Assembly (NCBI GenBank): GCA_965202585.1
Contig: OZ241834.1
Span: forward strand, 9,858,001-9,922,000
Direction of reading: 5' to 3'
DNA from: Thalia democratica
Lineage: Eukaryota
Length of the DNA: 64,000 nt
How positions within the stretch are numbered: position 1 is the stretch's first letter; each line of letters starts with the position of its first letter. Of the stretch, positions 53,001 through 64,000 are shown piece after piece. The position numbers were made by a program, and so were the translations under genes. The notes beneath the pieces are model-generated. The model worked only from the letters and a program-made list of their open reading frames with translations. It searched no databases and was not told where the DNA came from.

Positions 53001-56000
53001 TGAACCTCGAGTTTTGCTGGCTTTTGATTGGACGTTCTTCTGTTTCGTGAAAAACGTCTTCACTTTCCGATTCGCTCTCCACCTGCTTCTTGATGTTTGT
53101 CTCCACATCTTCATACACCTTCACTCCCATCTTCGGCTTCATCTCGTCGATTTTCCGCTGTTCGCAGTTCATTTTCCCGCTGAAGTCGGAATATTTCATG
53201 TCTTCTTCCTCCGTGGTTTTGTCTTCCGACGGTTTCCCTTCAGTTTTTTGATTTTTTTCTGCTGGTTTAGTGGAAAGTAGGAGTGAGAGGAAAGTAGCCA
53301 GTTTTGTGAAAAGCTGTTCGATTAGCGGGTCTGGCATACCTACAATAAATCAAAAAAAATGTTATGTTATGTTTTTTTTCTTATAATTGTAGTGGGGTAG
53401 TATAAATGGTTAACATTTTTTAAGCAGAATCATGTATTTCATGTTAAAACATTTAGTTTAATGTTTTAAAGGTAGAAGATATGTAAAAAAAAATTCGAAT
53501 TATTTTTAAGTAGCTATAGCGTTTACGTAATACTTTGCTAATTACAATTTAAAATCATTTATGATAAGTATCAAATTTTGACTACCGAAGTAATTTAACA
53601 CTTTTAAATGTCAAAATTGCATAAAATATTTAGTTCTAAAGTTACCTTGTTCTCTTATTACAACGTCTTTTAATTTTTTGCGCCTTAAGATGGAAACTAG
53701 GGTGAAAAAAATGACATAACGAGTGAGGAATTCCACACAAAAAGGATATATTGAAAGTCGAGAAATGAAAATTACCTTAAGTGCAAGGTAAAGTTGGATA
53801 TTCGTTACGTGCGATTATTTAGTATCTGAAACTGAAAAAGTAGAAGAAAAGATAAACTTTTGGTGATTTGCTTCATGCGTGTTTTTCTTGCGAGTTGGAT
53901 CAAAAGCGAGGCTATTTGCCAGGAAAATGCTTTTAACCTTGTCGGCACGTCTTTTGAATCCTATACAGCAGCTTGCTTTGTTTGAACAAAACAGAAAAAC
54001 TCCTGTGTGACGCTTGTATCTCGTGTACATATCAACCTTTTTGTTCGGTTTCGACATTCGGAAATTTTCAAATATAATAACCTGTTTGTTCAGCAAGTTG
54101 TTTCCAGTTCGCCGAAGTTTCGCTTCTTTTAACTTCCTTGTTTTCTTGATTAAGCTCACTCGAAAATTTTATTCTTCCTTTTTTAGTGAAAACTTTATTT
54201 AATGTTAAACATACAATTGTTTAATTAGACAGCTTTTAGGTTTTATTTAACTGTTAATTTTTATTTTAATAATAAATATAATTATATGTTTAATAAATTA
54301 TAAAGTTTTTGACCCATATTTCTAAAAACATATTATTTGATTTTTTTTTTTTACGTGACTAACTTTAGTAACTTAATAAAATAAACTTAATTTTTGGTAC
54401 TAAAGCTCACATGATGTTATTGTACAAATTATGTAGATAGTTACAATAATTAAAGTATAATATGTTTGATAAAAATTTCTAACTTTTTGTGTTTAGTTTG
54501 TTTTCGTTGGTAAGTTCTTCCACTTGGTTTCTCAACATATCACATTCATCAAATAGTTCATCCCTTTCTTTTTCAACAAGCATCTTTTCTGTTTCTACCT
54601 AAATTACATTGGAATTTATATTCATAATACTCCTTTATTTTACAATTAAATAGTGTTTTAATCCTTCAAAAAAATATTTATAATCATATACGTATACATG
54701 TTTAAAGAGTTCTTTCTAAAGCATTTCAACTATTCGTAAATGAAACATTGAAATGAGTTTAATCGCCCTAATGTCAAGTTAATATTAAAATTACGTTTCT
54801 ATTTGATTATTTACATCATAATTTTAGTAATACAACCCGTTTAACTGCAATTAAGAAAAAAACATTTGTTTCAAACGCCTCCCCCTGACAATATATTAAT
54901 TTAATATAATTATTTTGTACAAATGATTTTGTGTGTACTAAGTTATCGCCTTTTATATCAACCAAATGAGTTTAATCTTGTTAATGAGTTTTTTATATTT
55001 TAACTATGTTTGATGTTTTGTTTATGTTTATTTGGTGTTGAATATAAATGTTTTTATTTTCATTATTCTCGTTCTTGTGTCTTGATTAAGTGGCTCAGGT
55101 TTTGATGCCTGAGTCTAACTTTGCACAATAAAGAATATAATAATAATAAAAACAAGTTGGTTTGATGATGTTTAAGCCACTTTTCGATTTATTGTAACAA
55201 CTCAGCGTTTTATACTATATTAAGTATAAAACTAGAGAATTTGTTTAAAAAACATCTAAACATTTTAGTCTTGTTTCTTGTTGATCAAAAGTTCGCTAAC
55301 ATACTTTAAAAATTAATAAAAACTGTTATAAATGTATTGATATTACTTACTTTTTCGTTTTTAACATTCAGGTTTTCAACGAGCTTGACCAGATTTTTGT
55401 TTTCATCTTCAACTCGCTGAATCTTTTCAACTAAACGAGCGTAACTGGAGTGTACCATGTCCGCATTCTGATAAAAACAACAATTCAGTAAAAACTCCTT
55501 TTGTTAAAGCATTTTAAAGTCTATCTAAATAGACAAACGTTGAATTTTTTCAAAAATTTAAAACAAGTTATTAGTGCTTTACTTATTTTAGCTTTATAAT
55601 AACTTCTTATAAATGTAAAATTAGTTTTAGGCTTTGAACTTGCTATGTTTGACTATTTTTTGTTAAATTACCTAATTAAGCAGTTTACATATTTTAAAAA
55701 CACGTTGTTTTGGTTTTGATAAATTACACTGAAATTTATATTATGAATAATTTTGTTGTCAGCTATAATATTCAACAAATTAGAACTTGCTGTTAAGATT
55801 CAACAACTTTTTTCTATTTAAATGAGCTTTATTTCAAAATATTTATTAAAACAAAATTCAAAAAGCATTTGAAAATTGCTATAGACGTTCCTAATTGTAT
55901 ATAGCCTGAGCTAATGACAAATTCAAAAATATAAGGTTTTTTATTTAATGTTCACACGTTACAGATAACTACCGTCTCACAAGACTCAAAACAACAAATT

Positions 56001-56198
56001 ACAAGCATATAATAAGCGGGCAGATTACTACTCTTCTCAAAATTGCAGTGCAACTTGACACTGGCAATTATACCTTAAAGATTCTCATTGCCACCCACAA
56101 AATGAACAAAAACTCACGCTCCTTGAAGTTCTCGAGGAAGTAGATTCGCTATAAAGTGAATTGATGCCATACCGACTCTGCGATGATTTCGAAGTCAT
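47098..56198 (-). CDS. Copy C of the same 16-exon gene (ORF intact if three shifted acceptors are used)
   Basis: Exons 5'->3': 56198-56118, 55467-55351, 54598-54484, 54192-54082, 53339-52959, 52215-52059, 51852-51788, 51148-50997, 50707-50635, 50009-49872, 49563-49338, 48875-48688, 48472-48290, 48136-47875, 47721-47464, 47227-47098. The A-type AG is missing at exons 4, 6 and 15, but an in-frame AG lies 6, 15 and 3 nt downstream. Confidence 0.78.
51371..51478 (-). CDS. Candidate exon 7b, copy C
   Basis: 108 nt, AG..GTaatt, open reading frame. Confidence 0.6.
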
Positions 56199-59100
56199 AA
56201 CAGACTATTTGCTTGTTTGCTTTGTTTTGTTGTTTTATTGTTAATACCTGTGAAAAGAAAAAATAAATTTGTCTAAGTCACCAGATTAATTATTCAATAT
56301 TTGCGTCACTCTTGTAATGCGTATGTGTATGGTTAAACCTTTTTATTTGTAAATAATGATTTTATATGTCTTTTGTAATGACGATGTACCATGTAAAAAC
56401 AAAATGTTTTAAATAAGTTTGGTTATTTTTTGTTTGTGTTGAGATAAACAACACGATGCATTTTAATTTTTAAAGAGTTTTTTGTTTACTTATACGAAAT
56501 CTAGTATAAAAACCATTGTTGCAGAAATATGTAAACGCAAATAAAGTTTATTAAACTCTTATTTTCTAAAACCACAAGCTAATCTTAAAAGTAAACTTTT
56601 TCTATTACTAAAACTTCTAAAAACTATTATAATAAGTCTATAAGTATTTTAAAAACTTGAAACTTTTTATTTTAAAGAGCTTACTTCAATCAAACTTAAA
56701 ACATTATTGGTTTATTGCTTTAAATTAAACATCAAACTTTATAGAAATCGTTTTCAATTATCCAATTAAATAATTTGTGTATATTACCAAACAGTATTAA
56801 GAATTCAATTTTTATTTCTCTAGTTTACCTAATTGTTGCAATACTTTAAAATTTAATATTATGTTTGACCTAATTTATAGTTTTAATTTATAGTTCATAA
56901 GTAAAATTTAAATAAAAGTTTAAATTTGTTGTGATTTATTTTGTTTAGACAAAAACCAACAAAAAAATTGTTTGCTTTAGAAACTAATTTGCGAAATCTA
57001 CAAAACCTTTCTAAACTATTTAGTTATATATCTGATATAGTTAATTTTTAATAAAAATGTATTAAAAAGTACTTTAACTTTATTTCAATGATAAACTCAT
57101 GCAGTCAAAGTTTAAAAAAAAATTAAAGACTATTAGTGCTTAAAATATACTTAAACAGTTGTTATATAATTTCAAACAAAATTAACTTTAAGCTTTCAAA
57201 GAAAAACTTACACAAAACTATGCTAAGATGTTTTTTTATGTATCCGATTTGTTTTTAAACAACTAATAGTTATATTAGTCCATCATTAAAAAAAGTTCAA
57301 ATTTCAACAGGTTTTACTTTTACTAAACTATTTTCAGTGCGAATTCTAAAAAAATATTTTTATATCTATGTAACGTATATCTGTTACTCATTTTTCCTTA
57401 ACCTAAAGTCAAAAAACTTATACTATTTGTGTTACATTTAAAAATTCTAAAATACACATTCTTTAACCTACTTCAAAGTTGTCTGTATGGTGAATTTGAA
57501 ATATTTTTAACTGATTAAAATAAAATATCTTAATCAAAACTTCAGTTTAATCCTTTTGATACTTGCTAGACAAAAATACCAGTAAGTTATACCAACTGTT
57601 TCACTTGAGATTATAAAAGACTCAACAGTTCACCTATTTCCTTATGAATTATTCAAAACCGTTTCAGCGGCCAAGCATCGGAAAGAGTTGCATCGTCCAG
57701 CTGCCGTTGTGACGTCATAATGCCTCCATTTTTGTCGTCGGCGGCAGGTGGGGGCCGGGCTAGTCAACAATCGAGTAGCAATTCGATTGTGACATCACAG
57801 TGAGCCGTTCACTGACATTATCGCTTATTTCCTTGCAACTTGTTGCTACTAGAAGTTTTTTTTTACCGCGTTGTACAGTAATTTTCAATTAGTATAAAAA
57901 TACAGTACATTTTTCTTTCCAAACTTGTTTTAAACACTTTTTTGTTTTATTGTAGTATATTTAAAAATACTGTTTCTAAATTAATACTAGATTTTCACAA
58001 AAGTCTAACTTCTTTTACGCTTTATTTTACAAAATTATATTAAATTTTTATTTTTAACAAACAATTTAAAACATTTTAAAATTGAACTTCTACAAAAAAT
58101 TTTAAATAAACTATCAATGATGCAAACGAAAATATTTAGATTGTATTTGTAGTAGAGCAACAATTTTGTAGTAGCTTGTAACAGTTGTCAAAAAATATGA
58201 TTGATGTGTTTTAAAAACTAGTTCTGTACTTAAATTAGTTTTTCTTTGATCTTTTGTTCACGGCAATATATGCTTAGCTTATTTAGAGTAAATACAAAAA
58301 CTAACAATTTTTCTAAAAAATTCTAAAGTAATTCAATAATTTTAAAATAAAAAGTAAATACAGAATAAATAAACACATAAAAATTGAAATAATAGTTATG
58401 GTTTTTATTAATTCATATGCAGCTGTAAAAACTTATACATAATAGATTTTTTTCTCTCAAAACAAAGCTTGAAATTTTGTCACGATAAACCAAACCACTA
58501 CATTGCAGAAGTCATGATGTTAATTACGCATTTTTTATCAAAAAGTTTTTCATACATATTTCTGTAGGTTTTACACTGAAAAACCAACTAAAAAATACTT
58601 CATACGCCGTCTTATGAATATTTAAAAGTGAATTACTTGAACTTAGACTATAAATGTATACTTTCGTGCGTAAAATGACCAACATCTTTTGTATACATTA
58701 TTTTATAGCTATATTTTTTAACTCACGTGACTTTTTTATGATATTTTTCTATAGCTTGTCAACAATTGATTCAGCCATTCTTAAATACACCTAAGGCTAT
58801 AAAACAGCACTAGATTTTTGTTAATAATATACAAAGAAATTAGAAAATAATCATAAAAAATCAACAATTTGAAATTATGCTTTATTTAAGTATGTGTTGT
58901 TTCAATTCATTAAGAAAAATTAAACGTACTAAAAAATTATTTTAAATTGTGTATTACTTTTTAAAGTATTGATTTTCAGATGCTGTCTAAATATCATAGA
59001 AATGTTTACTTATGTCATCACAACAACTCTTTTAACTAATAAGAAACATAGTAAGTTTTCAAAATCCTTTTCTTTTATTTAAAAATTATTAATTTAATAT

Positions 59101-62100
59101 ACAGCCATCAAAAAATAGTAGAACTTACAAATTAACAAAAACATACTAATAAAAAATTGGTAAACTACATAACTTATAATAACGTATGTTTAAACTATTA
59201 CTTTAATTCTTTGGTCATACCTAGATAGTTTGATTGAAAAATTTAATAGAATACACTCACTAATACTAAATCTGCACTAAATAAATATTCAAGAGATTGG
59301 AAAATAAACTAAAAAACACAGTTTTGGTTAAAATATCTTTTCTCTTTTGCCTTTTAAAGTTTCTGCTGGGTTTGCGTAAAACATTAAAAATAGAAGTACT
59401 TCCGAAACCAATTATATTACGACCGGCTTCATTTTCAAAAATGAGCAGTTTTGAACTTCAACACTTCAAAAATCATCCGGTGCTGTGAAATTACTGTGCA
59501 GTTTTTACTGCTCTTCGCTCGTTTAATATTCATTTTAACTGCTGACTCGACACTTTCATAACCGCCGTGCGAAAGTTCATGCTGCCGAATTAGTTTCACT
59601 GTGAGACTCGAGTCCGGCAAAAGCAGTTAAGCAGGTAAACAAGAAAGTAACTGCTCAGTGCTAGTTGAGTTGTTTCATCAACACACTGTTTGCTTATCTC
59701 ACAAACAGGTTTCGCTGCAGGCCGGTTATCAGCTGATTAATTTGCGAGAAAGTAGCAATTCTCAATCAAGTTTTAGATTTCGGTTAAAGTTCGAGCACCG
59801 AAAATCATGAAGCGTTGTTTGTGCTGAACAAGAAAAAAGCGTTGTACCTTTCAGATAGAAAAGTGTTACAATACTCCAAAACTTATAACTTCTTTTTCAA
59901 ACAATATTTATCTTTTTCAAGCTTCAGACTTTTATTTCTAAGTTTGTTTTTTATTCAAATTAATATAACAAAAATAAATTCATCATTTTTTTAATAACTA
60001 GAAAATATTTTTTTTGTTTAATAATATCTTGTTAATTTTTCTTTTCTTTTTATAACTTGTTATATAAATACAATAAAGTGTTTTTAATCGTAAATCAATT
60101 GAAAAGTTTTATAATAAAAAAACATACTACACTTTAGTTTTTTCCTAAATGTTATAACTAATTTAAGATAACGACAAAAAGCTCCATCTAAAACTTTTTA
60201 ATATATTTTATAAAATCTGTTAAGCATAAAACAAAGGTTTTGATACTTAGTAATTAAAAAACTAATTCATTGCATATTTAATCATTTTTAATAGCTTTTT
60301 TTTATTTTTTTTTACTTTTGTTCAAGTAATCAGATTAAAAAAATTTAATTTAAAGTTCAAAATTCAAAAAAAAGTTTTATTTAAAATGAATAAACTTAGT
60401 TTTTAGAAATGCTATCTGTATAAAATAGCAAAAAATCAAATCAAAACAGTCTGAAACTTTTAAGCTTTTTGTTTTTATCGAAAAGAGAATGTTTTTCTAC
60501 GTTCTAAGTTGAACAATTAACAAATATTTATTTAATAGATAATTGCCGCAAATTTATTTTTTACAAACAACACGGGTTTTTAAAGTAAACTCTATGATAA
60601 ACAATAAATTTTCTCATACATTTCGAAAAGTTTCTTTTAGTAAAACGTGTGGTATTAAGTTAATACAAAACCTTTGAACTGTTTTAAAAACTTTCATTTA
60701 AGTAAAAAAGTTACTTGTACCATTAATTATCGTAAAATGTATAATTAACTTTTTTTATTGGTAGATTATCCACTATTTTTCAACTATCACTAAAACATAT
60801 AAAACTATTACATTTTTTGTGTTTTTATTGTCTATTCTTTTCCAAACTCAAGTACAAACAAACTGCTCTTAGCACTAAACAAAAGACTTTTTCTGTATCA
60901 AGAGTGAAATCTTCAGCTTAATTTAAGAAACAAAACAGTTTTAAGCCGATTTAAAAAGAGGCAAATGCCGAGTATTAGTAACAACAAAAAAGTTTGCTAA
61001 GTTCAAGTTAATTGTTTCACATGGGGATTTTCACTTGACTGTCACCAGAGTAAATTGTCAATGAACTAATCTCAATTCAGGCTTCTCACCGACTAAAGAG
61101 AAACGAAAAACGCGTTTCAGTCTTTTCCGCTCCACCGGTTTCAACGACGCAAAACGAGAGAGTGATGCTTGTGCTATTATGACGTCATATGGCATTATCT
61201 CGCCGCCGCCAGAACAACGGTGGTTTTCAGTAAATAGCTGTTTCAGCCTACTTTTCTATCAATACTCAGTGTGTGCTCGTGCTTTTGCTGCTTGTATAGA
61301 TAACGTATCATTATTTTAAAGTTTTTTGTTGACAAAACCCTTGAAACTAGTAGTCTGATAAGCTTTTAACAAGATTGTGTGTTTATTGCAAACATTTTCC
61401 AAATTCTTAATAAGCCATAATCTGTTATTAATTTTACATTATAAAAAATATATTTTGTTTAAGTACGCTTATAACCAATCACGTTTTAAAGCTTGTGCTT
61501 AAATTACGAAACATGTTACATAAAATTATAAAAATAAATAGCCTAAAACAGTTTAAATCATGTTGAGCTACTTCCTAATTTATAAAAATAATTCTGTAAT
61601 TAAAAACTTACATGAGTTCCTTAATTTGTGTAACATACTATTATTGTTTTTCATAGTTATAATGTTTTATGTAATATCACAGGTAAAAGTCACATATTCT
61701 AATATTTATGAATATTTCTTCAATTTCGGTTTTAGCAAAAAAAAGATGGTAGTAAATTTGTTTAAATAGATGAAAAAGAATTGTTGCAATAAAAAAAAGT
61801 TCAAATAGTTAATCTGGCTTGCACAGGTTCCTACTTTAGAATTGGATTGTACACTGAAATTTATAATACTGTAATTAACTATTTAAAGTAATTTGAGCTT
61901 TGACTAATAGCTCAACACAATGGATTTGAAAATTCAGTCTTATGAAACAAGATTTAAAAAAAAATTCAAATTAAAAGTATATTTTCAGTTTGTCAGTCTA
62001 ATTAATAATAGATAAAAAAAAGTTTTCAAGTACAAGCTATTTGACTTGGCTATTTATAAGTAAATAATACTTCATAATTTTTCTACAACATTATTTTATT

Positions 62101-64000
62101 AAAATGCAAGGGCAAACAAAACTACCAGACCAAAAAATATTATATTTTTTCAACCACCAAGACTTCTTTCTGTTAATCGTCGGCTGCACTATGTTTGTTT
62201 TCATTAGCTCACAGTAACAAAAATACTATAAACAAAATGCAGACACAACTGACACCTGCAATTAACCTCCCAGCAAACTGTGTGTATTTTATGCAGCAAA
62301 ATCAACCCTCTCAAAAGGTCACTTTGAAGGAGCGAGTAATTAAGATAATCTGCGAACGGAAAACGGGCTGTAATTTTCTTTGTATCGCCGGAATTTTTCG
62401 GTATTTTTAGCAGTATTAAGTGTCATTAATGCGTCAATTGAAGGCAAATAACCGGAACGAGATGGGCTTCAACAACCGAGCAGCCGTCGCCTTACAATAA
62501 CAAGCAACGAATACTGGAGGAAGAAGAGAAATTGAAAATCTCGCTAGATTCGATAACTCGTGATTGTGTCGCTCCTTTTTGTTAATTAGCGCTAAAGTGG
62601 CAGCAATCAATGTCACTCATCTCAAACTGTGAATTATCGGGAGTTTTGAGGTATTTGCTGTCATGTTTTTCTTAATCCTAGGAGAGTAGGGTTTTAAACT
62701 ATTATATGAATTTACACTTGTATGAAAAGTAAAACCACTCAAAACAACTTTCTGACAAGATTAAAAACTAATTGAAAATTTGTCATATGGATGGTTATGA
62801 AAAAGTGAAAACTAAAAAGAAATTTACAAAAGTTTATAGTAAACCACAGATAGTTGCAATGAATAAACAACAAATTTTTTTTTTATATTTAGTTATATCA
62901 TATTCTATGTTAATATTTTAAAATTAGTTAAAACACTTATTTTGTAAGAAATTTAAAAAGTTCAAGGTAATTTATACTAATCTTCTACCTGTACAAATTA
63001 TTGATTTAATAAAAAATTTAAAATTTGAAAATAGAATATACTTTTAGAGCAAATTTTTATACCGTCAATTGTTTGTAAGATTGTATTTAACAATTGATTT
63101 TTTTATTTAGTTGTAGCTTTTAATAAAAAACTAATATCAAAAGAAAATACTTACTAGTTGTTAATTGTATAATCATTATAAGGCTATAAAACGATTTATT
63201 GTAAGTTTATCTAACTATTTGGTTTTTCTTACTTTAATGTTAATTAAATAAAGAGTCCGTTAAAAAAACTGAAATACTTCGTAAGTTTTTTTTAAAGTAA
63301 AATAGTCTTAGTTTACGCTTTGATTTTATTCTGCTGCAAACATTGAAAATTTTGCAAAACATTTACTTGTAATTACTCCTGTAAGAACGGAATTCAAATA
63401 CAATTTTCAAAATTCTATAAAAAGGTAATTTGTGACCAGGTTACAATTCAATTAAAAAAAAAGGTTAAGCTTCTTTTACTTTAAAAATAAGAAACTTTAG
63501 AGCTATCTTTATGCTATCAACAAGCTAGAAGATGTTTTAAAATCTTAAATGCCTTAAATTATTAATGTGTATTATTTGTAGAAAAGATTATCATTACTTT
63601 TTAATATTAGTAGATGTTAATGATTTATATCTGGTATAAGTTGCTTAAAAGCTTGTTAAGTTATAGTCATTTTTACGTATTATTTGCACAACAACCAAAT
63701 GTTTATTTTTTCAATTTAATTAGTAGCTCTAATTTAATTACTAAACAAAATTTTATTTCATAATCTATAATTAGCATAATTAAAGAAGAGTTAAAGTGCT
63801 TCAAGTAGATTTTGTTTTTATAAAAACAATAAGTTCTTATAGTAAACAATTTTAGCTGTACTTATAAACAAATTTTTGGCAAGTCTCATAACTTTTTTAA
63901 GTATCAACAATTTTGGGTAAAAAACAAAGTTCAAAATACAATATATTAAAACAAAAACTAAATAACTTAATCAATTGAAAATATAGCAGTCTTCAATTAA

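Larger units (their letters stand above)
46200..64000 (-). repeat. Segmental duplication unit, copy C (tandem to B, runs off the window end)
   Basis: B-to-C offset is 21426 at the stop codon and 21417 at the ATG. Position 64000 corresponds to B ~42560 and A ~4800. Confidence 0.9.

Noticed and set aside
1-64000. tRNA/rRNA, CRISPR arrays, transposase or reverse-transcriptase ORFs, prokaryotic operons, ciliate genetic code
   Set aside because: No such signatures were seen. The exons join cleanly with the standard code and spliceosomal introns.

Overview
Very AT-rich eukaryotic DNA (invertebrate-like by impression, standard genetic code, GT-AG introns). No prokaryotic genes, tRNA/rRNA, CRISPR array or transposase are recognisable. 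Almost the whole window is three diverged copies of one ~21 kb cassette. Copy A lies at ~1.65-22.8 kb (+), copy B at ~25.45-45.75 kb (-) and copy C at ~46.2 kb to beyond the window end (-). A and B form a large tail-to-tail inverted repeat around a ~2.7 kb unique spacer, and C is a tandem copy behind B (period ~21.4 kb). Each cassette has ~11 kb of upstream DNA with GC-richer conserved islands, three of them carrying a TGACGTCA (CRE) site ~105-115 bp before a GT donor. This is followed by a 16-exon gene that I reconstructed by hand with consistent intron phases in all three copies. It encodes an unrecognised ~886 aa protein with an N-terminal coiled coil and a long Ser/Pro/Lys-rich tail that is probably disordered. 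All three ORFs appear intact, with synonymous-biased substitutions in several blocks. The copies are a patchwork of near-identical tracts, which suggests gene conversion. Other candidates found by comparing copies: a hidden in-frame exon, a 6-nt microexon, an internal promoter for an N-truncated isoform, lost acceptors rescued by in-frame AGs, and a ~360 bp foldback in copy A only. All alignments were done by eye and the identity statements are qualitative.
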